A DNA stretch of 13,988 nt from Candidatus Thorarchaeota archaeon. GTDB taxonomy: Archaea > Asgardarchaeota > Thorarchaeia > Thorarchaeales > Thorarchaeaceae. Below the pieces are notes generated by a model. The model was not told where the DNA came from. It searched no databases and was given only the letters and a program-made list of their open reading frames with translations. Below are positions 1 to 7,901 of this stretch, one piece after another. A program made the translations under genes and the position numbers. How positions within the stretch are numbered: position 1 is the first letter of the stretch; each line of letters begins with the position of its first letter. The stretch covers positions 1 through 13,988 of the forward strand of contig JAWAQK010000049.1 of NCBI GenBank assembly GCA_038893995.1, read 5' to 3'.

Positions 1-129
1 CAGCACAAATCCCGGTTCACAGTATTGGAGCTCTGACATATTGCTTGACCATTCCTACCATGCCAGATGAAGAGTCTACTAAATCATTTTCCTTCCAGCT
101 AGGAGCACCCAGATAGCATAATCGTTAAT

Positions 130-1560
130 ATGGGCCAGTCAATCGAAACGGATGACACGGGGTCAATGCAGATGGTCGATTCAGACCTGATCGAGGCATA
201 CGAACGAGGTCGGATTCCTCCGCAGCATCTAAGGATGACCGGGCTCGTGGCTGCACTGATTGTGTTCTTTCTCGTAGGATACTGGGCATGTTCAGACGTG
301 TGGCGACGATATGCAGCAGATATCCTCCAGCTCGTAGCCAGTACGGGAGTACCCAGCTGGATCGCAAGCAACGTCATGTATACAATACTGGTGTTGGCCA
401 TGCTGTTCACTGTGAGCTTACTGCTTTCACTGGGTGTCACATGTGCAGCACAGAGGCTTGGGACAACCCTGATCTACGTCGGAATAGTCCTAATCGTCGT
501 TGTGGTTTCTACACCTGCTGTTATTCCACTATTCGCCTCAGGATTCAACATTGTCCTGATTCTATCAACGTGGACGGCCATGTTGCCTGGCGGTCTTGTA
601 CTCGGAGTGTCTCTTCTGTTGGTCGTCGTATTCCGAAGGAGACTGAAACGAGCTGGAAATCTCGTCAGACTGACTGGAGGTGTCTGTCAAGACAACAAGG
701 CAGTCTTAGTTCCACCAGTCATAGTGACCATACTTGCTCCTGTGGTAGGTGTGGTGTGTGGGGCCATTGCCCTGCAGTTTCCAGGAGTCATCGATGCCAT
801 CCGGGCCATCAGCCCATGGGATGTGCACATGGTCATCCCTGTCATTGTGATTGCCGTGGTCTACCTGTTCATCGTGTCTTTCCTCTTTAATCTGTCATAC
901 TCGATAGTGTCAGCAGTGACCTACATCCACATTCGAGGTAGACAACTGTCGCTTACTGATGGACTGAAGGCCTCAATGGGCCTGTTGCGAGATCTGGTCC
1001 TGCTATCCTTTGCGAACATGCTTGTGGGGATTGCCAGGGTGGCGATGCGAAGTGGGGGACATCAGGTCAGGGACAGGGCAGGTGTGGATGTCGAAGAGTC
1101 GATAGGGAGTAGAGTTCAACGGACATGGACTCTATTGAACTGCTTCACGATACCCGTCATGGTTGCAGAGAGGCAAGGCGTGAGACAGGCAATCAGACGT
1201 AGTACTGGTCTTCTCAGAAGAAGCTTCGCAGATGTGTTGATCAAGGAAACCGCAGTCAGATGGGCCCTCAAGGCCCTTGCGGCAGTCTTCGTCATGGGAC
1301 TCGGGATTGCCGGAATCGTCACTGGATGGTATCTCTCAGGGCTGAGAGGAGCCATCCTCATCGGACTAGCTTTCGTCATCTTCTCTGCAATCCCGAGTGG
1401 TATAATACTTAGAACCCTTGACATAGTCTACGTCACACTCCTGTATGTGTTTGTCAGGCAGCAGGAGGGTGACATCAAGGGCCGGACAGCAATTCCCGGT
1501 ATGATCTATGATGAACTACTCGCCGCATATCGTTCAGCAAAGATGTCTAGATCGCTCTGA
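130..1560 (+). CDS. Multi-pass membrane protein, choline-transporter-like (CTL/SLC44/Pns1) or related prokaryotic DUF6159-like family
   Basis: 476 aa with about 9-10 hydrophobic segments. 'VFRRRLKRAGNLVRLTGGVCQDNKAVLVPP' resembles the CTL 'R.RI..A..ll..a' segment following a TM helix. 'LLNCFTIPVMVAERQGVRQAIRRSTGLLRRSFADVL' resembles the conserved C-terminal block. The CDS is secure, the family call is moderate. Confidence 0.6.
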   Translation: MGQSIETDDTGSMQMVDSDLIEAYERGRIPPQHLRMTGLVAALIVFFLVGYWACSDVWRRYAADILQLVASTGVPSWIASNVMYTILVLAMLFTVSLLLSLGVTCAAQRLGTTLIYVGIVLIVVVVSTPAVIPLFASGFNIVLILSTWTAMLPGGLVLGVSLLLVVVFRRRLKRAGNLVRLTGGVCQDNKAVLVPPVIVTILAPVVGVVCGAIALQFPGVIDAIRAISPWDVHMVIPVIVIAVVYLFIVSFLFNLSYSIVSAVTYIHIRGRQLSLTDGLKASMGLLRDLVLLSFANMLVGIARVAMRSGGHQVRDRAGVDVEESIGSRVQRTWTLLNCFTIPVMVAERQGVRQAIRRSTGLLRRSFADVLIKETAVRWALKALAAVFVMGLGIAGIVTGWYLSGLRGAILIGLAFVIFSAIPSGIILRTLDIVYVTLLYVFVRQQEGDIKGRTAIPGMIYDELLAAYRSAKMSRSL

Positions 1561-1575
1561 GAAACAACATAGGAG

Positions 1576-2601
1576 ATGAGTCTTGAAATGGAACCCAAGA
1601 TAGCAGCAGCAAATGCGCTCTATTCAGTACTCGAGGCACGTGCTGGGGAGTCAGTCCTAGTCATTTGTGACACTCCAAAGATGGATGTGGCAACAGGATT
1701 CGCCGAAGGAGCGCTTGACCTTGGCCTCTGGACCAGGGTCCTAGCTCTCGACGTCAGGGAAGACGAGTGGAGGACAGAAATTCCGCATCATCTTCTCGAG
1801 ATCATCAATGGCCCCCGACCCCCGGACATCTATGTCAATCTACTTCGGGGTCCTGCGCAAGAAACTGCTTTTCGCGTCAAGCTGATCAGACTTGAGACCC
1901 GCAAGCGTACCTCGAGACTGGGGCATTGCCCTGGGATCACCATTGACATGCTGACAGAGGGCGCGCTCGCACTGACCCGGGAGGAATACGTCGAGATGCA
2001 AGGCTCTGCGAGGCAACTTCTCACTCTGCTACAGAACGTAGAAACAGTACACGTCAGATCTGCGTCTGGGAGTGACTTCAGTCTGGGTGTCAGTGGACGG
2101 ACCTGGTTCTCGGACACCTACCTCGACTGGAAGACTATGAAATGGATGAATCTTCCAACTGGCGAGGTAATAGTGGGCCCAATTGAGAACTCAATGGAGG
2201 GAACACTCGTCTGCGACTTGGCCGTGGGAGGGATAGGACCAATCAGGCAGCCCGTGCGGATTCAGGTGGAGAAGGGCAAGGTGAGGAGGCTAGAGTCTCA
2301 GGACAGCCATGCGCTCGAGATCATCAGACAGGTGCAGGCAACTGACGAGATGGCAAAGTACGTCGGCGAATTCGCCATTGGTCTCAACCCGCGTGCAAGG
2401 GTGGTGAGAGAGTTCCTGGAGAGCGAAAAGGTCGGAGGTACTATACATGTCGCGTTCGGGAACAACATGGACTATCCCGGCACCGTGACAAACAACTCGT
2501 CCACTCACCAGGACTTCCTTGTCAGTCGGCCCACAGTCGATATCAGGTATGCTGATGGCTCAGAGCGGACACTCATGAGAGACGGCAGGCTGACGATCTG
2601 A
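1576..2601 (+). CDS. Aminopeptidase, M29 / AmpS (aminopeptidase T-like, COG2309) family
   Basis: Motifs GESVLVICD, NLPTGEV, GEFAIGLNP, ESEKVGGTIHVAFGNN and S.THQD are typical of the family. The true start may be ATG 1588, with SD-like GGAGATGA 8 nt upstream. It lies 15 nt after the previous stop, so is probably co-transcribed. Confidence 0.88.
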   Translation: MSLEMEPKIAAANALYSVLEARAGESVLVICDTPKMDVATGFAEGALDLGLWTRVLALDVREDEWRTEIPHHLLEIINGPRPPDIYVNLLRGPAQETAFRVKLIRLETRKRTSRLGHCPGITIDMLTEGALALTREEYVEMQGSARQLLTLLQNVETVHVRSASGSDFSLGVSGRTWFSDTYLDWKTMKWMNLPTGEVIVGPIENSMEGTLVCDLAVGGIGPIRQPVRIQVEKGKVRRLESQDSHALEIIRQVQATDEMAKYVGEFAIGLNPRARVVREFLESEKVGGTIHVAFGNNMDYPGTVTNNSSTHQDFLVSRPTVDIRYADGSERTLMRDGRLTI

Positions 2602-2607
2602 ACAGTG

Positions 2608-3837
2608 TCAGTGATACAACCAGTCAAAGGCCATGCGCCAAGTGGCAGTGGACCTCGAGAAGGGGTTGGCATAGAGAGTCCTGAAGAACTGACCGAGACT
2701 GCCACTCTTCTTTGCCCTAACAAATGTCGGGTAGACGAACTTCTCTCGACCGTAAGCATAAGTGAATATGTAGGGCGCCCAGAAGTTGGGTCTGCCATCC
2801 GGACCCCTGGCTGAGATAGACCCAAGCGACTTCAACGCACTCTGGGAGTCAACCATGATCCTCTCGGAGATGTAAGATGCGACCTCCCTCTCTGAGTACC
2901 CGTCATTGTTGAGCATGATTGCGGCGTTAATCAGGACCGCACGGCGGAGCCTCGAGACCGCATGGTACGAACAGACATGGTCATTGCAGCTGGGCAGTCC
3001 CAAGAAGTCCCGGGCAGAGTCAGCCGTGCCCTCCGAGATGACAGAGAAACCGGTCTGGAGGGGTAGTATGCTCAGTTCGATGAGACCAGACTCGCGAAAA
3101 GCCTTCTCGCGCCAGATACTTGCAACATGATGCTCATATTCATGGTAGATCACGCTCACCAGACCAAGGCGACTGAAGGGTTGGTCCAGATTGAACTGAT
3201 TGACGGATCGATAGTTTCCCATGTAGAGACAGTATGCCCGCCACGGCTTGGAACTGACAAACTCGTAGTCAATGCCATTGTCAGTTACAGAACATCCCAT
3301 CAGAGGATAGATGTTCTGCCGGAACAGACAGGCTGCAGTTTCGGTACGGCGACGTACAATACGCTTCACAAAGTGCATCAGTGCACCGCCTCTCAGCAGT
3401 TCGCGTTCCGTGAGTCGCCGAAACTTGTCGTCGAGTCCCTCACCTCTGACCCAGATCAGAGAGCGCTCAGCCTGCTCTACGAGTTGGGCTATGTGCCGCT
3501 CAGTAAATGGTCCTGCATCAATGTTGAAAATGGCTCTCACTGCCTGAAGATATGAGAGTTCATCGCTGGTGAGCCATCGGACCAGTGTTTCCAACGAACG
3601 GACCTCGCCAGACAAGAACTCACGTCGCAGCGGGGAATCTACATCGGCGCGTATCCTATCACCCAGTTCTGCAAGCTTGAACACGAGGGACTGGGGATCA
3701 GGCGCATCATGATACGCACAATGGAGGAGGTGTTCGGGACCAAAGTATGCGTCGATGATGCTTGTACCCGTGAGTTGTCTTGTCAGACTGCCGACTGCAC
3801 CACATAGCTCGACGTATTGATCCGTAACTCCCCTCAT
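2608..3837 (-). CDS. Putative zinc metallopeptidase, DUF885-like / gluzincin-type
   Basis: About 409 aa from ATG 3837 (the ORF track extends to TTG 3858). Has IDAYFGP near the N-terminus, HExxH as YHEYEHH, a downstream third-ligand motif ISEGTA, and C-terminal PYIFTYAYG. Confidence 0.65.
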   Translation of the reverse strand: MRGVTDQYVELCGAVGSLTRQLTGTSIIDAYFGPEHLLHCAYHDAPDPQSLVFKLAELGDRIRADVDSPLRREFLSGEVRSLETLVRWLTSDELSYLQAVRAIFNIDAGPFTERHIAQLVEQAERSLIWVRGEGLDDKFRRLTERELLRGGALMHFVKRIVRRRTETAACLFRQNIYPLMGCSVTDNGIDYEFVSSKPWRAYCLYMGNYRSVNQFNLDQPFSRLGLVSVIYHEYEHHVASIWREKAFRESGLIELSILPLQTGFSVISEGTADSARDFLGLPSCNDHVCSYHAVSRLRRAVLINAAIMLNNDGYSEREVASYISERIMVDSQSALKSLGSISARGPDGRPNFWAPYIFTYAYGREKFVYPTFVRAKKSGSLGQFFRTLYANPFSRSTATWRMAFDWLYH

Positions 3838-3944
3838 GGTAGAGAAACTATGGAGCAAGGAGTATATGAACCCAACGGAATCCTAGACCCGCATGACCGT
3901 ATTGTTTTTCAGATGGCAGCTCCCTGATCCAACACGAAATCACT

Positions 3945-4298
3945 ATGCCGCGTCGAAGGAACAATTCAGGCACCGGGCTCGTCGCCGTCTTGGTCATAGC
4001 AGGCCTAGTCGTCGCATTTGCAGGTTGGCACGACGGTCTGTTTGGCACAACCAGTATCAAGAGCATAAACGAAGGGGATATACCGACGAATACATCGGTC
4101 GTCATAAAGGGAAAGCTTGTCTTCAGACTGGGCAATCTGCATACTGTCGCATCGGAAGACGAAGAAAACGCCGTGCTATTCGAGTGGACGGGGCAATCGC
4201 CACCAATAGACTCCATCGTGATAGTGCGCGGGAAGGTTGCCAGTGCCATAAGTCTGAAGGACGTTACATCCGTAGAGACGCCGTGGCTCTTCAAGTAG
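3945..4298 (+). CDS. Small membrane-anchored or exported protein with probable OB fold
   Basis: 117 aa: basic N-terminus (MPRRR), one hydrophobic helix, then a beta-rich pattern (TTSIKSI..VVIKGKL..IVIVRGKV) typical of OB folds. Confidence 0.65.
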   Translation: MPRRRNNSGTGLVAVLVIAGLVVAFAGWHDGLFGTTSIKSINEGDIPTNTSVVIKGKLVFRLGNLHTVASEDEENAVLFEWTGQSPPIDSIVIVRGKVASAISLKDVTSVETPWLFK

Positions 4299-4318
4299 TC
4301 AGATTGGGTGGAACCCTC

Positions 4319-5080
4319 CTAGAGTGGACCGACCAACGGACAACGTGCGTAGACACGTTCGGGTCTGCCACGCTCCCGGAGGTAGAAGGTCACGGTGTCG
4401 GACATGAGTTCGATCCGCGTGTGTGTCTGTGTCCCCGCACCTCTGACTCTTCTCGATAGCAGAGTACCGCTGTTATAGATGACAATGTCGTTGAGCCTCC
4501 ATATGTGAGGTACATGTCTGTGACCATTCAGAACAAGTGAGCATCTGGTAGCATCGAGGAGTCCAAGCACATCACCAGAGTCCTCCACAACATTGTGTTC
4601 ACGCCCAGTGAAGGGCACGGGAACGAGGTGATGATGTAGTGCGAAGACACGTATCTTGTCCTGACTTCTACCGAAGAAATCAGTGATCTTCGCATAGTGG
4701 GCCCGACCGACGTGGCCTGCATCATTGTCGGGTTCAGCACTATCTACTGCAAATAGCGCAATATTCTCGGTCTCGTACGTCTTGAACCGCTCACCGAACA
4801 GTCTCTCAAAATGAGCCGCCCCATAGTTTCGCTCATCGTGATTTCCGGGAATGATGACCATAGGGGTCGAGACACCGCTCACTGCGTAGTTGAAACGCTC
4901 GAACTCATCACGAAGTCCATCGGAGGTCAGATCGCCCGTGACTAGTATCAGGGGATTGGACAAGTCCCTGGCCTCTCTGTCTATTCCATCAACGATTCTC
5001 CACAGATCGTCCTCATCGACCCCAGGTTCTCCGATGTGTACATCGCTGAGGTGAAATAGCGTCATGATCTCCTTTTCCAT
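4319..5080 (-). CDS. Calcineurin-like metallophosphoesterase (CpdA/Icc-like)
   Basis: All five motifs are present: HLSDVH, TGDLT, PGNHD, HHH and GHRH. Start is taken as ATG 5080 (SD GAGGT upstream). ATG 5065 (SD AAGGAG) is an alternative. The ORF-track extension to 5449 is not believed. Confidence 0.9.
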   Translation of the reverse strand: MEKEIMTLFHLSDVHIGEPGVDEDDLWRIVDGIDREARDLSNPLILVTGDLTSDGLRDEFERFNYAVSGVSTPMVIIPGNHDERNYGAAHFERLFGERFKTYETENIALFAVDSAEPDNDAGHVGRAHYAKITDFFGRSQDKIRVFALHHHLVPVPFTGREHNVVEDSGDVLGLLDATRCSLVLNGHRHVPHIWRLNDIVIYNSGTLLSRRVRGAGTQTHTRIELMSDTVTFYLRERGRPERVYARCPLVGPL

Positions 5081-5118
5081 GTCTAGGACCTCTTGATACG
5101 CATGCTGCTGAGCGGCTG

Positions 5119-5130
5119 CATAAACATAAG
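5119..5130 (-). promoter_or_regulatory. Putative archaeal TATA box (TTATGTTTATG) for the metallophosphoesterase gene
   Basis: AT-rich island with TTTATG 39-44 nt upstream of ATG 5080 and an SD in between. Confidence 0.45.
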
Positions 5131-5527
5131 CATTCCAGCCCGATGGGAGCGAGCCGGACCAAGCGGCATGAATCTGACAGTTCGGAAGGATGTCCAATGT
5201 GGCCCAGGCTGGGTCTCTAGCAGGTCCAGTCGTGAGGACGAGAGTGGCAGGAGTATCCTCCGAATGGGCTCCGGGGGCGTCGCTACTGTGAGTCACGTGG
5301 CTTCGTGAGAGGAAATAACTCATCCGTAGGACTGAAGGGGGAGAGAATTCGTCACTGCAAGAATGCGCAGCCCTCACAGTCACAATAAGATGCACGTCCA
5401 TCACTACAGGTAGGGGATACTGGCAGAAGGGACACCGTGCCTGTAGCAAAGGTCGACACGAGGGCTGAGTCCCAACAATGAGTGACGCCCGTCACAGTAA
5501 TATCACATCTCTGTTACGTCAAGAATC

Positions 5528-6664
5528 GTGAAGATCGAGGATCTCGTGACTCCAGCACTCGTGGTGGACATTGAGAGACTGAGAGCAAATATAGAGAACA
5601 TGGCTGCAAGGAGCAGGAACGAGTCCGTAAGTCTCAGGCCGCACGTGAAGACCCACAAGTGCGCCGAGATTGCCAAGATGCAGCTCGAGAGAGGAGCAAG
5701 GGGCATAACGGTATCCACCATGGCGGAAGCACTCGCTTTTGCCGATGCAGGTTTCGATGATATCACCCTCGCGATTCCGATCACCAACGACAAGATGGAG
5801 ACTGCCCTCGATCTCAGTTCAAGGACCTCCCTGAAGCTACTTGTTGACCACCCAAGCACTGTGGACGAACTCTCACGTCGTGCCTGCAGACGTCGTACAG
5901 AGGTCGAGGTGCTGCTGAAGGTCGACTGTGGATATCACCGATGTGGAGTAGATCCCAGAGACCCAGCCTCTCTGAAACTCGCGAACCGAATTGCGACCAG
6001 CACGGGGCTCCACTTTGGGGGAATACTGACTCATGCCGGTCACGCGTACTTGGCAAGATCGCCGGAGCAAGTGAGAGAGATCGCATCAAGTGAGCAAGAG
6101 ACCATGGTGGAGTTCTCGCAAAGGCTGTATGAGCAGGATATCAACCTCGGGCCAACTACTGTCAGTATTGGCTCGACACCCACCATTGCTCAGTCGGAAC
6201 ACATCCTGGAGGGAGTCACAGAGGTCAGACCAGGCAACTACGTATTTTTTGACCGCACGCAGGTGATGTTGGGTTCTTGTACGCTGAGAGAGTGTTCTTT
6301 GACCGTACTGACCAGGGTACTGGGCGTGTACCGGGACCATATAGTAGTTGACGCGGGGGCCACCGCACTCTCGAAAGACACCGGACCAATACACATTGAT
6401 CCCAACTGTGGATACGGACTGCTGGTCAGGGACCACAACTCGCTGAGTCCCTTCGAACATGTCGTTGTAGAGTCACTGTCACAGGAACATGCGAAGATCA
6501 GAGTACCTGCCGACTCGATACTTAATCAGATGGAACCCAGCTCGATGCTCGAGATAGTCCCCAATCACTCTTGCCTTGCAGCGGCCATGTTCGACTGGTA
6601 CCATGTACTCGACGGAGATCGCATCACAGACAAGTGGAGAGTGATCAGGGAACGGTTTTCTTGA
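5528..6664 (+). CDS. Fold-type III PLP-dependent enzyme, D-serine dehydratase / low-specificity D-threonine aldolase family (alanine-racemase-like barrel)
   Basis: Motifs TPALVVD, RPHVKTHK (PLP lysine), HRCGV, HAGHAY, IGSTPT, EVRPGNYVFFD, DAG..ALSKD, SQEH and PNHSC (metal ligands). GTG start. Confidence 0.92.
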   Translation: MKIEDLVTPALVVDIERLRANIENMAARSRNESVSLRPHVKTHKCAEIAKMQLERGARGITVSTMAEALAFADAGFDDITLAIPITNDKMETALDLSSRTSLKLLVDHPSTVDELSRRACRRRTEVEVLLKVDCGYHRCGVDPRDPASLKLANRIATSTGLHFGGILTHAGHAYLARSPEQVREIASSEQETMVEFSQRLYEQDINLGPTTVSIGSTPTIAQSEHILEGVTEVRPGNYVFFDRTQVMLGSCTLRECSLTVLTRVLGVYRDHIVVDAGATALSKDTGPIHIDPNCGYGLLVRDHNSLSPFEHVVVESLSQEHAKIRVPADSILNQMEPSSMLEIVPNHSCLAAAMFDWYHVLDGDRITDKWRVIRERFS

Positions 6665-7099
6665 GGGGCAGGGCGATTTGGCTCATCCTGACAGTTAAGT
6701 TCGCCTGCGGCAAGAGCATCTCCGACGTGCTGACCGAAACCTCTCTGGCGTAAGGAGTAGCGCAGCCATCCACCACACGACTGGGAAAACGGATCAGTTG
6801 GTAAGGACCCCGATCAGCATTGCATTCCTATCCTGGCAGCAGACTCGGATCGCCGTAGCTCCACCAGAGGAATGGCACATGCAGTAGTTGGTCCCACGAT
6901 GCGGATCTCTCTGAACCAGATGCGACAAGTCTTCAGCGAGGGACGACATACAGAACTGAGGCCGATTGTTCGTCAGGCCTGTGGATGTTGAACACAATTG
7001 AGATCCATACAACCCAAGTATTGCACTCGCTCTCACGATACGGTCGATATGGCCAAGCACGAGAGGGGATGGCTTATTAGAAAGGGAGTTGATTGGGTC

Positions 7100-7130
7100 A
7101 AAGCATATATTCACGATAGAATCATTTATG
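7100..7130 (+). promoter_or_regulatory. Putative BRE/TATA region for the 7172 gene
   Basis: AAAGCATATATT (7100-7111) and TTTATG (7125-7130) lie in an AT-rich patch. SD-like TGAGGA at 7163-7168. Confidence 0.45.
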
Positions 7131-7171
7131 TGCCATACCAGCAATTGTCGAATCAACAGTCTTGAGGATGT

Positions 7172-7591
7172 ATGAAGATGGTTATAGATCGTGAGGGAGC
7201 CACATCGGCTATCATATTGCAGTTCAGCGCTGGACGTCCTGTGGAATTTCCAGCTGAGTTCGTGGCGGAGATAGGAGAGAAGGCGGCACTGACGGTCTTG
7301 CACCACAAGGACAGGGTCGTCAAGCTCTTTCCAGTCAAGTCAGAGAACATCTACCTATTGAGGATCGAGATTAGCGATCTCTCAAGGAACTTCTTGAAGC
7401 AGCTCAACTTTGCCTTCAACGATGCAAAGCTTAGCGACATCATTTTCACGACCGGCGTATGCCTGCGCGGTGAGAAGTGCTACTACGAGTGCTATTTCGT
7501 CCCAGAACAGCTGGTTATTTCGCTCCAAGACCTCGAGAACAACCTCAAGAAGATCGAAGGTGTGTCTAAGGTCGTCCTGAGGAAGGTGTGA
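7172..7591 (+). CDS. Hypothetical protein with possible AbrB-like N-terminus and ACT-like C-terminal domain
   Basis: 139 aa with strongly protein-like composition, SD-like TGAGGA and upstream TTTATG. The C-terminal beta-alpha-beta-beta-alpha-beta pattern ends in LKKIEGVSKV, typical of ACT/ferredoxin-like folds. The N-terminal GRPVEFPAEF resembles the AbrB G.i.iP motif. Confidence 0.7.
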   Translation: MKMVIDREGATSAIILQFSAGRPVEFPAEFVAEIGEKAALTVLHHKDRVVKLFPVKSENIYLLRIEISDLSRNFLKQLNFAFNDAKLSDIIFTTGVCLRGEKCYYECYFVPEQLVISLQDLENNLKKIEGVSKVVLRKV

Positions 7592-7901
7592 GGTACATCA
7601 GTATCCTCAAGATCAGAAACTGAGAACAGCGGCGGGTCTCACCCTCGTACCGGGCCGTATTTGGCACCGGTTTCAGACACAGTGCATAAGGGCAACCCAG
7701 TTGACGCTAGTGGAAGACGTTAGACTGTCATCAGGGTGTACCTGACTATCGTCGAAGCACATCAGTCTTGGTCGATGACCGTGTGCACATCATGGATGGC
7801 AAGGTCAGTACCCTTGTGTCAACATGAAGACGAACATGTTGCCATCACGGTGACGCGGTCAGGTGCACGGCCCCGTATCATCAGGTGGCCCGTTAACAGT
7901 C

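Noticed and set aside
5201-5224. GGCCCAGG-N10-AGCAGG resembling SRP RNA helix 8
   Set aside because: The inner 10 nt (CTGGGTCTCT) cannot form the required 3-bp stem with a GNRA tetraloop, and no SRP helix 5/6 context is evident.
5309-5435. GAGGAAA and CAGAAGG resembling the RNase P RNA P4 strands
   Set aside because: The conserved continuations (GUCC/CUCC and GGCUUA) are absent and the two strands do not pair.
5081-5449. 123-codon N-terminal extension of the phosphoesterase ORF beginning with a CPFC motif
   Set aside because: Composition is not domain-like and there is no second CxxC pair. An SD and a TATA-like box sit directly upstream of ATG 5080/5065, and the catalytic domain begins there.
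6794-7306. 170-aa minus-strand ORF
   Set aside because: It overlaps the 7172 gene antisense in the same codon register and has no recognisable motifs. Treated as a shadow ORF.
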